DNA of 64,000 nt, taken from positions 800,001 to 864,000 of the forward strand of contig CAWHWQ010000001.1 of the NCBI GenBank assembly GCA_963833095.1, written 5' to 3'. Below the pieces are notes generated by a model that was not told where the DNA came from, made no database searches, and worked only from the letters and a program-made list of their open reading frames with translations. This DNA comes from Vulcanimicrobiota bacterium (GTDB lineage: Bacteria > Vulcanimicrobiota > Vulcanimicrobiia > Vulcanimicrobiales > Vulcanimicrobiaceae). Within the stretch, counting starts at the first letter, position 1; every line of letters starts with the position of its first letter. A program made the translations under genes and the position numbers. This document shows, piece after piece, positions 52,218 through 62,890 of the stretch.

Positions 52218-53291
52218 CTAGAGTCCCGCGAGGACCGCGTCGGTAAAGGCGATGGTGGACAGTGCCGGCGCGCCGGCGGCGACGTCGGCCGTGCGCTTTC
52301 CCGCCGCATAGGCGGCTTCGACCGCGCGTTCGATGCGGGCCGCGCTGCGCTCGTCATCCAGGCTCATGCGCAGCAGCATTGCCGCAGACAGAATCGATGC
52401 CGTTGGATTGGCGATGCCTTTTCCAGTGATGTCGGGCGCCGTGCCGCCGATCGGCTCGTACATCCCGAATTGCCGGCCAGGCGTGCCTCGTTCTCCTAAG
52501 CTCGCGCTCGGCAACGTGCCGATGGAGCCGGTCACGATCGCCGCTTCGTCGGAGAGGATGTCGCCGAACATGTTCTCGGTTACGATCACGTCGAAATCGG
52601 CCGGGCGCCGCACGAGCTGCATCGCTGCGTTGTCCACCAGCAAATGCTCCAGACGAACGTCGACGTACTCCGGCGCAATGCGCTCGACGACGCGTCGCCA
52701 CAGGCGTGAGGTATCGAGCACGTTTTGCTTATCGACCGAGGTAAGATGTTTACGCCTCCTGCGCGCGAGTTCGAAGCCGGTGCGCACGATGCGCTCGATC
52801 TCAGGCGCGCGATAGATCATCGTGTCGGTCGCAACTTCGACGCCGTTCTCGATGCGCGTCTCCTTAGCCCCGAAGTAGATCCCTCCGGTCAACTCGCGTA
52901 CGACGATCAAATCGAGACCGCGCACCAGCTCGGGTCGCAGCGAAGATGCGTCTTCGAGACCCGGAAAAACTCGAACTGGGCGCAGGTTGGCATAGAGCTT
53001 GAAGCCGCTACGCAACGCAAAAAGCGCGGCTTCCGGACGCTGGGCCATCGGCTTATCATCGTATTGCGGCAGACCGACGCTGCCGAACAAAATTGCATCG
53101 CTGCGCTCGCACAGCGCGCGCGTTTCTTCTGGAAGTGGAGGCAACCCGCGTTCCAGGGCGGCGCCGCCGACAGGCGCTTCGATATAAGTAATGTCGGGCC
53201 GAAGCCGCGCGAGCACGCGTAGGGCTTCGCGCGTGACTTCGGGGCCGATCCCGTCGCCGGGAAGCACCGCGATGGTTGGCGTTTGGTTCAC
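52218..53291 (-). CDS. leuB: 3-isopropylmalate dehydrogenase
   Basis: PGDGIGPE, VRELTGGIYFG, ENMFGDILSDEA, GTAPDI.GK..ANP. Confidence 0.95.
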   Translation of the reverse strand: MNQTPTIAVLPGDGIGPEVTREALRVLARLRPDITYIEAPVGGAALERGLPPLPEETRALCERSDAILFGSVGLPQYDDKPMAQRPEAALFALRSGFKLYANLRPVRVFPGLEDASSLRPELVRGLDLIVVRELTGGIYFGAKETRIENGVEVATDTMIYRAPEIERIVRTGFELARRRRKHLTSVDKQNVLDTSRLWRRVVERIAPEYVDVRLEHLLVDNAAMQLVRRPADFDVIVTENMFGDILSDEAAIVTGSIGTLPSASLGERGTPGRQFGMYEPIGGTAPDITGKGIANPTASILSAAMLLRMSLDDERSAARIERAVEAAYAAGKRTADVAAGAPALSTIAFTDAVLAGL

Positions 53292-53296
53292 AGTTG

Positions 53297-53833
53297 CTAG
53301 TGGACTTCGATGCGCGTCGTGTCGGTGTTGGGTGGCGCTTCGGCAGGCGCGGCCGACTGCGCAGCGAGCTGCGCTTGTTGCAGCTGATTGTGCGTGCCGT
53401 CAAGGAGCGCGAGGTGCGTTGTCAGCAGGTTACGTAGCTCGCTCTTTGCCTTTTCGCAGGCCTCGACGGCGCGTTGATGCTCGCGCCGCACATCGCCGAT
53501 GGCATCGTTGTACGAGGCCATCTCACGATCGGCGGCGAGGCGAGCCTGCTCGCGGATCAGGTCGGCCTCTTTATGCGCGGACGCCTTGACCTCGTCGGCC
53601 GTGCGTTGCGCCAGCACGAGCGTGTTGTGCAGCGATTCTTCCATCGCCTTAAAATGGCTAATGCGCTCTTTGAGATCGGCGATCTCCGCATCGAGCGCAG
53701 CGCGATGCTGCGCGTCGTCTTCGAGCGTCTCGATCACGTCATCGAGGAATTGATCGACTTCGGCGCGATCGTAGCCTTGCAACGCCTTTTTGAAGGTCTT
53801 GTGCTGGATGTCGACTGGTGTAATTTTTTCCAT
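53297..53833 (-). CDS. divIVA: DivIVA-domain protein
   Basis: ITPVDIQHKTF...GY...EVDQFLD followed by coiled coil. Confidence 0.92.
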   Translation of the reverse strand: MEKITPVDIQHKTFKKALQGYDRAEVDQFLDDVIETLEDDAQHRAALDAEIADLKERISHFKAMEESLHNTLVLAQRTADEVKASAHKEADLIREQARLAADREMASYNDAIGDVRREHQRAVEACEKAKSELRNLLTTHLALLDGTHNQLQQAQLAAQSAAPAEAPPNTDTTRIEVH

Positions 53834-53842
53834 CGATATCGA

Positions 53843-54259
53843 TCAACCGCGTCCCGACATGAAATCGAGGGTCGAGTCGCCCATCATGGTATCGCGCAAG
53901 CCTGCGGCGTTGACCACGACACCCGCCGGAACCACCAAATAGATCGCTTCGGCAAGCTTTTGAATTTTGCCGTCGATCGTGTACGCGACACCCGAAGTAA
54001 AATCGACCACACGTTGCAGCAGCGTGCGATCTGCATTTTGCAGATTGACGATCACGACTTGCCGATTCCGCAATGCGTCGGCGATTTCAACCACGTCCTG
54101 AAAGCTGCGCGGCGAATAGACGCTCACTTCGGTGCCGGCACGACGCCCTGCATTCGAGAGTGGAACGACGCGCCCCGACGGCGCCGGCTCGTCCTCGTAG
54201 AGGTCCTCGTCCTCATCGCGTATCGAGAAGAACGATCCGAGTTTGCTAAACATGCTCAT
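53843..54259 (-). CDS. sepF: Cell division protein SepF
   Basis: PRSF.D..EIAD.L.....VIVNL, RVVDF.SG..Y..DG. Confidence 0.93.
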   Translation of the reverse strand: MSMFSKLGSFFSIRDEDEDLYEDEPAPSGRVVPLSNAGRRAGTEVSVYSPRSFQDVVEIADALRNRQVVIVNLQNADRTLLQRVVDFTSGVAYTIDGKIQKLAEAIYLVVPAGVVVNAAGLRDTMMGDSTLDFMSGRG

Positions 54260-54939
54260 TGTGCCATGCGCTCCCCAAAAAGGGCGGTGCCGATGCGCAC
54301 CATCGTGGAGCCGGCGCGAACCGCCTCGCGCCAGTCTCCCGACATGCCGATTGAGAGCGTACTTCCACCTATGGCAGCAAACGTCTTGGCGGCTAGCTCG
54401 AAGGCGCGAGCGATTTCATCCGGCCCCGCGCCCAGGGGCCCGATCGCCATCACGCCTTCCAGGCGCAGGCCCGCTTCGGCCGCGACGCGCTCGGCCAGCT
54501 CGGGCGCTTGCGCCGGCGGGCACCCGAAGCGCTCGGCGGGCGAGATATTGACCTGGAGCAGCACCGGGAGGACCAAGCCCAACCGCAGCGCCGCTGCACC
54601 AAGCGCGCGCGCCGCGTCGGCGCGATCGACGCTTTGCACCACATCGAACAGCTCCACGATCGTTTTGGCCTTATTGGTCTGGATGTGGCCGATAAAATGC
54701 TTCTCGAGAGGTACTCCGGCGAGCACGGGGTCGGCGAATTTTGCTGCCGCCTCCTGCACGTAGTTTTCCCCGATTGCCTCGAGGCCGGCCAACGCGGCAT
54801 CGGCAATCAACGCAGCCGGCTGTTTCTTGCTGACACCGAGGATGCGCACCGCGCCGGGCGGACGGCCGCACGCGCGCGCCTCCTCGTCGATCTGCGCGCG
54901 CAGCGAACTAAGCCGCTGCTGTATCAGTTGGGGTGACAT
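54256..54939 (-). CDS. yggS: YggS-family PLP homeostasis protein
   Basis: VSK, GENYVQE, HFIGHIQTNK, LSIGMSGD, VRIGTALFG. Confidence 0.95.
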   Translation of the reverse strand: MSPQLIQQRLSSLRAQIDEEARACGRPPGAVRILGVSKKQPAALIADAALAGLEAIGENYVQEAAAKFADPVLAGVPLEKHFIGHIQTNKAKTIVELFDVVQSVDRADAARALGAAALRLGLVLPVLLQVNISPAERFGCPPAQAPELAERVAAEAGLRLEGVMAIGPLGAGPDEIARAFELAAKTFAAIGGSTLSIGMSGDWREAVRAGSTMVRIGTALFGERMAQ

Positions 54940-55777
54940 CGGTGGGCGTGACGTCGGTGCGACGCCCGCGTTTGATGCAGTACCAGAGTCCGATGATCCC
55001 GATCGGAATCATCGGCAGCGCGTAGAGTTGACCACCGGTGAACGGGCCGAGCTGGAAATCGGCGTGGCGCCAGATTTCAGCGATGCTGCGGGTGATGCCA
55101 TACATCAAAAACCAGCTCCAGCCCACCACGCCGTCGGGCGGACGGCGCCGATAGATCAGGAGAAGAATCGGCAGCGTTATGAGGTCGAGTACCGCTTCGT
55201 AGAGTTGAGCGGGATGGCGAGCGTACGGACCCCAGATGTCGATGTCGCCCGGACGGTTGGGCGTCATGCACCAGGGACGATCTGGATTACAAATGTCACC
55301 CCACAATTCGTCATTGATGAAATTGACGATGCGGGTGAGCGTGATGCCGATCGGCAGCAGCACGACGACTTCGTCACCGAGCACGGTGTATTTGAGCTGC
55401 GGATGTTTTCGTACGAAGAGCCAAATGGCGATGAGCACGCCGACCATGCCGCCGTGGAACGCCATCCCGCCCTGCCACACCGCAATGATATTGAGCGGAT
55501 TGCTCGTGTAGTACGAGAGATCGTGCTTGGAGATGATGTCGTTGATGACGAAAAACGTCCGGCCGCCAACCAAAACGCCGATCAATGCGTAGAAGAGGAA
55601 GTCCTGGATTTGGTCGCGCGTAAGACCAAGCCGCCGCCGGCCCGCCGGGCGGCTCATCCACAGGTAGACGGCGATGAAGCCGGCGAGATACGCGATTCCG
55701 TACCAGTGGACGCCGATGAATCCGAGGCGGATCGCTATCGGGTCGACATTTGTCGGATAGTTAAACCAATGCGACAT
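54908..55777 (-). CDS. lgt: Prolipoprotein diacylglyceryl transferase
   Basis: VHWYG, GGR, W.GGMAFHGG, R..NFIN.ELWG, RHPAQLYE. Confidence 0.95.
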   Translation of the reverse strand: MSHWFNYPTNVDPIAIRLGFIGVHWYGIAYLAGFIAVYLWMSRPAGRRRLGLTRDQIQDFLFYALIGVLVGGRTFFVINDIISKHDLSYYTSNPLNIIAVWQGGMAFHGGMVGVLIAIWLFVRKHPQLKYTVLGDEVVVLLPIGITLTRIVNFINDELWGDICNPDRPWCMTPNRPGDIDIWGPYARHPAQLYEAVLDLITLPILLLIYRRRPPDGVVGWSWFLMYGITRSIAEIWRHADFQLGPFTGGQLYALPMIPIGIIGLWYCIKRGRRTDVTPTDVTPTDTAAA

Positions 55778-55794
55778 CACGAACATTCTCTAGC

Positions 55795-56529
55795 ATGACG
55801 TCACCGGCGCACATTTCGGTAGGTATTGCATTTCTAGCCGGGCTCGTTTCCTTCGTCTCTCCGTGCGTCCTCCCGCTGGTTCCGGCGTATCTCTCGCTCC
55901 TCACCGGAAGCAGCCTGGAAGAACTCCAAGGGAAGGAAGACAGCGGCGCGTTGCGAGCGCTTGCAATCGGGCACGCCATTGCCTTCATCATCGGATTTAC
56001 GCTGGTTTTCGTCACGCTGGGTCTGACCGCTAGCGCCCTCGGCGGGGCGCTCAATGCCCATCGCATGCTCGTCGCGCAAATTGGGGGTGTGATCGTGGTC
56101 ATTCTGGGCCTGCACATGATGGGGATGCTGCGCCTTCCGGTGTTGATGCGCGACACGCGGGTCCACGTCCAACACGAACGCCGCACCTACTGGACCTCGG
56201 GCCTGGTCGGGATCGCCTTCGCGGCTGGTTGGTCGCCCTGCATCGGGCCGATTTTAGCGGGAATTCTTGCGATTGCGTCGCAGCAGCACAACGCCGAGGC
56301 GGCGCTGCTGCTCTTGGTCTACTCTCTGGGATTGGCCGTGCCGTTCTTGCTGACCGCAGTGGCGATTGGCGCGGTACTGCCGGTGCTTAACCGGATCAAG
56401 CGCTTCCTTCCGGCAATTGAATTCTGCGCCGGGCTTTTCTTGGTAGCGGTCGGGCTCGTTCTGGTCAACAATGCTTTCTACACCGTCGCAGGGTGGTTCT
56501 ATCAATTTGTCCCGGCTCCGAACCTTTAA
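55795..56529 (+). CDS. ccdA: Cytochrome c biogenesis protein CcdA
   Basis: SFVSPCVLPL and GWSPCIGP. Confidence 0.92.
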   Translation: MTSPAHISVGIAFLAGLVSFVSPCVLPLVPAYLSLLTGSSLEELQGKEDSGALRALAIGHAIAFIIGFTLVFVTLGLTASALGGALNAHRMLVAQIGGVIVVILGLHMMGMLRLPVLMRDTRVHVQHERRTYWTSGLVGIAFAAGWSPCIGPILAGILAIASQQHNAEAALLLLVYSLGLAVPFLLTAVAIGAVLPVLNRIKRFLPAIEFCAGLFLVAVGLVLVNNAFYTVAGWFYQFVPAPNL

Positions 56530-56987
56530 CGCAAGCCTGCTGATCGCGGTCACCGCGATCGTCGCATTCGCGCTCGACCAATGGTCGAAGCATCTGATTA
56601 CAACCAAACTCTACTTCGACGCGCGCTGCATGCCGTGGTGCGGACATAAGGTCCTTATCCCCGGGTGGCTCGAGCTCGCCCCGATTCCCAATACGCACGG
56701 CGCGTTCGGGATGTTCGGCAGCAGCAAACCGATGCTCGTCGTGCTTGCGATTATCGTGCTCTTCATCTTCTGGTGGAGTTTTCGTGAAGCGGCAGCGCGC
56801 TCGCGATTGGTCTGCGTTGCCTTCGGGCTGATCGTCGGCGGCGCGCTCGGCAACATCGTCGACCGCCTGCATTACGGCTACGTGATCGACTTCATCGACT
56901 TCTATCGCTTTCCGCAGATTTGGCGCTTCACGTTCAACGTGGGCGACTCGTGCATTACGATCGGCGTCATTCTGCTGCTGATCTCCA

Positions 56988-57016
<29 letters not shown>
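56507..57016 (+). CDS. lspA: Signal peptidase II
   Basis: DQWSK, N.HGAFG, GALGNIVDR, VIDFI, FNVGD. Confidence 0.95.
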
Positions 57017-57896
<880 letters not shown>

Positions 57897-58947
57897 CGCG
57901 CGGCGCGGTTCGCTGCGCCTCACCCACGGCGTGGTCGAAACGCCGACCTTCATGCCGGTCGGGACGGCGGCGACGGTCAAGGCGCTCACGCCGGACGAAG
58001 TCCGCAGCGCGCACAGCCAAATCATTTTGGCAAACACCTACCATCTGTGGCTTCGCCCGGGAAGAGACACGATCGTCGAGGCGGGCGGACTGCATCGCTT
58101 CATGGCGTGGGACGGTCCGATCCTCACCGATTCCGGCGGCTTCCAAGTCTTCAGCCTGCAAGAGCGGCGCAAGCTCGACGACGACGGCGTGACGTTCCAA
58201 TCGCACATCGACGGCAGCACCCACCGCTTTACGCCCGAAACGGTGATCGCCTTCGAAGAAGAGCTCGGCGTGGACATCGCGATGGTGCTCGACGTCTGCG
58301 TCAAGCTCCCGGCGACGCGCGAGCATCTGGCGGCGTCGGTGCGGATGACGACCGACTGGGCGCGGCGCTCGCGCGGCAGCGTGGCAGAACGACAAGACCG
58401 CAGTGTTCGCCATCATGCAGGGCGGCCTCGATCTCGAACTGCGCGAGCAAAGCGCGCGCGAACTCGTGCCGCTCGATTTTCCCGGCTACGCGATCGGCGG
58501 CCTTTCCGTCGGCGAGACCCGCGAAGAGATGTATGCGATGGCGCGCGCAGCGGCGTCGTTTCTACCCGTAGAAAAGCCGCGTTATCTGATGGGAGTCGGT
58601 ACGGTGCGCGACATCATCATGGCGGTCGACTGCGGGATCGACATGTTCGACTGCGTCTATCCGACGCGCTGCGGGCGCAACGCGCGCGCGATGACGCGCG
58701 GGGGCGAGTACAATATTCGCAACGCTACCTACGCGCGCGACTTCACGCCGGTCGACCCGTCCTGCGATTGCTACTGTCTGCACGACCTATACACGCGCGT
58801 ATCTGCATCATCTCTTCCGCGCCAACGAAATGCTCGCCCCGCGCCTGCTTTCGTATCACAACGTCTACGTGCTCAACGATCTGATGCGCGGCGCGCGCGA
58901 CGCCATCGAACGCAGCGAGTGGTCAGCCTATCGCGACAAGGTGCTTA

Positions 58948-59007
58948 CCTTGTCATCCCGAGCGTAGCGAAGCGTAGCGCTACGCGCCTACGCTCAGGAG
59001 GACAAGG
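58948..59007. repeat. 60-bp palindromic copy of the repeat family overlapping the tgt and ileS stop codons
   Basis: Arms CCTTGTCATCCCGAGCGTAG and CTACGCTCAGGAGGACAAGG (2 mismatches). Confidence 0.88.
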
Positions 59008-61811
59008 AATTTACGACCGCGGCGCAGTCGGCGCAGATCGACGGATGCGCCGGGTCGGTGCCAAGCTCGCGGAATTTCCAGCAGCGCGCGCATTTTTCGC
59101 CATGGCGCTCGAGATGAGATCGCAAGCCCGGGATCGTCACCGCCGGAGTTCGTGGCTCAAGGTCAAGCTGCGATGACAACCAGCGCGTCACGCAAGTTGT
59201 CGCCTAATGCGTACGCAAGCGCGTCGTAGTGCGCTGCAGGCGCCGCAAGCTCGACACGTACATCGAAATCGCGGATCTTGGAGACGCGGCAACGTCGCGA
59301 GCGCAGATCGCGAAGCGAGTCTGCCCACAGATCTCGCAGGCTCGCCATATCGGTTTCTCGACGCCGACGCCTGTGGGCGCCGAATGCCGAATCGAAGACG
59401 CTACGTTCGTCGCCGCGTAAGGCCTCGGGAATTTCTTGCCAGGCTTCTTCTGCGGTAAATGAAAGAATCGGGGCGATCGCGGTTAGCATCCGCTTGAGCG
59501 CATAGAGCAGCGCCGACTGCGCGCTGCGCCGGCGGTGGCTGTTCTCGGCCAGCGAATAGAGCGGGTCCTTGAGCGCGTCGAAATAGAAGCTCGACATTGC
59601 GCTTTCGAATGCCACTATGCGCAGATATGCATCATGGATTGCGAAGCCCTCGTAGAGCGCCTTCACGTCGGCTACGAAGGTGTCGGTGATCGCGCAGGCG
59701 AGGCGATCGAGCGGCTCGAGCTCTTCGCGCGGGAGAACGTCTTGCGCCCCGAGGTCGTCGAGATTCCCAAGCATGAAGCGAATGCGGTTGCGGATGTTGC
59801 GATAGACGCGGCCGACTTGCTCGACCACATTGGGCCCGAAGCGCACGTCGTCGACGAACTCAACCGAGGCAGACCACAAGCGCAGGACGTCCGCGCCCCA
59901 TTTGTTCATCGCCTCAACCGCGTCGATGCCGGTTCCGCGCGATTTGGACATCGGGCGGCCTTGCTCGTCGTTGACCCAGCCGTTCTTGACCACACGTTTG
60001 TAGGGCGCTGCGCCCTTGATCGCAACGCCGGTCAGAAGCGAACTCCGGAACCAGCCGCGGAACTGATCCCCGCCCTCCAAATACATGTCGCACGGCCACG
60101 GCACGCCGTCGTGCCCGAGCACGGCTAGATGCGTCACCCCCGATTCGAACCAGATGTCGACGATATTCTTCTCTTTGTCGAACGCGGTGCCGCGACACTT
60201 CGGGCAGTGGAAGCCGGCCGGCAGATAGGTTTGCACCGGGTCGACCCACCATGATCCGGCGCCTACCTCGGCAAAGCGTTTCGCTACGTTGCGCGCGACG
60301 TGCGGATCGAGAATCGATTCATTGCAGGCGGTGCAGATAATCGCGGGAATCGGCGTGCCCCAAATGCGCTGACGCGAGACGCACCATTCCGGATGCGTCT
60401 CGATCATCTGGCGCTGACGCACGCGGCCCCATTCCGGGACATAGTCGACGCCGTCAACAGCTTCGATCGCGCGAGCGCGCAACCGGTTTTGATCCATCGC
60501 GATGAACCATTGCGCCGTGGCGCGAAAAATCACCGGATTGTGACAACGCCAGCAGTGCGGATACGAGTGCTCGTAATCTTGCGCTGCAAACAGCGCGCCG
60601 CTGGAGCGCAAATCCTCGACGATCTGCTTGTTGGCTTTGAAGATGAACTGCCCGGCGTAGGGACCGGCTTCTTGGGTGAAGTGACCGGCAGCATCGACCG
60701 GATTGAGAATCGGCAATCCGTATTTCACGCCGGTCTCGAAGTCGTCGGCGCCGTGCCCCGGTGCCGTATGCACCGCGCCCGTTCCCGTTTCGAGATCGAC
60801 GTAATCGGCGAGCACGACCAGCGAGTCGCGATCCATGAACGGATGACGCACGCTGGTTCCGTCGAGGCGTTCGCCCGGAACGCTCGCGAGCAACTCCGCG
60901 TCGACGAATCGTTCGCCGAGCGCCTTGGGCGCAAGCGCGGTCGCCAGAATCAGTAGCTCATCGCCAAGGCGATACAGTCCATAGGTCGCGTCGGCCCGCA
61001 GCGCGATCGCGACGTTGGCCGGCAGCGTCCACGGCGTCGTCGTCCAAATTAAGATCGAGGTTTCCTCGGTCCCTCGACTACGCGGCTCCGCCGCTACGCT
61101 CGGGATGACAAAGGCGGACAGGATCTTTTCGCGCTGTTCATCATTTGCCGCGAAGCGGACGTAGACCGAGGGCGAGACTTTCGGCTCGTATTCGATCTCG
61201 GCTTCGGCTAGCGCCGTCTCGTCGTGCACGCACCACAGCGTCGAACGCAAGCCCTTGTACAACTGCTCTTTCTCCGCCAGATCCGCGAGCGCGTTGACGA
61301 TCGTGGCTTCGAACGACGGGTCGATCGTTCGATACGGACGGTCGAAATGCCCGAAGACGCCCATGCGTTGACGCGCATCGCTTTGGCGCCCAAGCCAAAA
61401 GAGCGCGCGCTCCTTGCACTTCTCGCGTAGTTCCAGCGGATCGATCCCGTGAAAATCCTTGATGCCCAAGAACTTGAGCGTCTCGAGTTCGATCGGCAAG
61501 CCGTGCATATCCCAGCCGGGAACGAAATCCGCCCACTTCCCGTCAAGCAACGCGATCTTCACGAACACGTCCTTCAACACCATGTTCAGGAAGTGGCCCA
61601 TGTGCAGCTCGCCGTTTGCATACGGCGGCCCGTCGTGCAGAATCCAGGGTCCGTTCTTCCGATTGGCATCCAGGCGGCGCTGGTAGATGCCTTGCGTGTG
61701 CCACCACGCGATGCGATCAGGCTCGCGCTTGGGCAGCTCCGCCTTCATCGGAAAGGCGGTCTTGGGTAAACGCAAGGTCTCGCGATAATCGCGTTCGACA
61801 GTTTCGCTCAT
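58994..61811 (-). CDS. ileS: Isoleucine--tRNA ligase (frameshift(s) near the C-terminus)
   Basis: [35 protein letters not shown]-terminal KCARCW...C.DC zinc finger in ORF 58994..59191. Confidence 0.97.
61068..61111 (-). repeat. Single arm of the repeat family inserted in frame in ileS
   Basis: TTGTCATCCCGAGCGTAG-CGGCGGAGCCG-CGTAGTCGAGGGACC matches 37141-37186 apart from the central loop. Confidence 0.9.
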
Positions 61812-62890
61812 GGGTCGCGCATCAGTTCGCCGAGCACGTCGAAATTTCGTGCTGCGGCGGCGCGAATCTCGTCGACTTTGTCTCGCAGCTCTGCCGCGAG
61901 CATGTCGCGCTGCGACATCAGTCGGTCGACAAGCGCATCCACGGCCGGATCCGAGGGCACCGGCTTGCCCGGCGTCCAGAGTGGATCCAGCGGATAGCCC
62001 AGGTCGTCGCAGAGGGCCGCAACCTTGGGGTCGTAGGGGATGGCGAGAAACGGTACGCCGAAACGCGCCGCCAAGATCAGCGCGTGCAGGCGCATGCCGA
62101 TCACAACGCGCGCACCGCGCAGAATCGCCGCCGCTCGTACGAGCGGACACTCCGGCAAGAGCATCGGCGCACTCTTGCACAAACGAATGATCGTGGTCGA
62201 AACTTCGGCATCGCTCACTCCGCCCAGGGGGAGGAATGCCACGCGCACGCCGTGCGTCTGCGCCAGCCGATCGACCGCACGGGCGATCGCGTGTTGACCG
62301 TCTTTGAGATTCGATACCTTTCGTACGCTTACCACGGCGTACGGCTCGCTTCCGAGTCCCTCCGACGAAAGATCGACGTCTTCTATCGGGGCGTCGTACA
62401 AGAAGACCGGATCGGCCGTTTGCTCGACCGGCGTTTCGGGAACCAGCGATTGTAACAAGCGTAGAGAGCGCGCGTCGCGCACCGTTGCGCAATCGAGACC
62501 GCGGCAAAAGCTGCGCACCACAACTCGACCGAGCAAGTCGAGCGGACCGATCGATTGCGCGAAAATCATCGATTTGCGCCGCTGGCGAATCGCTTCACGC
62601 AAGATCCCGGCATAGTACACGATGCTGCGCGCGCTGGTCGCCGTCTGCAAGAGGCCGCCGCCACCCGAGAGCACGACGTCAGCGCGCCCAATCGCTTCGC
62701 GCACGCTGCGCATGCTCCAGCGCGGCGTCGCCTCGACGCCATACTCCTTCGCCGTTGCCTGCGGCGTTGCCGAGAGGACGTCGAGCTGCATCGAGGGATA
62801 GCGCGCCCGCAATTGCGTCACGATCACCTCGAGCAACGCCTCGTCGCCGAGATTACCGAACCCGTAATAGCCCGAAAGCAATACACGCAC
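61808..62890 (-). CDS. csaB: Polysaccharide pyruvyl transferase CsaB
   Basis: LSGYYGFGNLGDEA, SGGGGLLQ, AQSIGPL, TVRD..S, GMRLHALI, YDPKV. Confidence 0.92.
   Translation of the reverse strand: MRVLLSGYYGFGNLGDEALLEVIVTQLRARYPSMQLDVLSATPQATAKEYGVEATPRWSMRSVREAIGRADVVLSGGGGLLQTATSARSIVYYAGILREAIRQRRKSMIFAQSIGPLDLLGRVVVRSFCRGLDCATVRDARSLRLLQSLVPETPVEQTADPVFLYDAPIEDVDLSSEGLGSEPYAVVSVRKVSNLKDGQHAIARAVDRLAQTHGVRVAFLPLGGVSDAEVSTTIIRLCKSAPMLLPECPLVRAAAILRGARVVIGMRLHALILAARFGVPFLAIPYDPKVAALCDDLGYPLDPLWTPGKPVPSDPAVDALVDRLMSQRDMLAAELRDKVDEIRAAAARNFDVLGELMRDP

Noticed and set aside
61812..62507. N-terminal extension making IleRS 1114 aa
   Set aside because: Arg-rich alternate-frame read of csaB; IleRS homology starts at MSETVERDY (61811)
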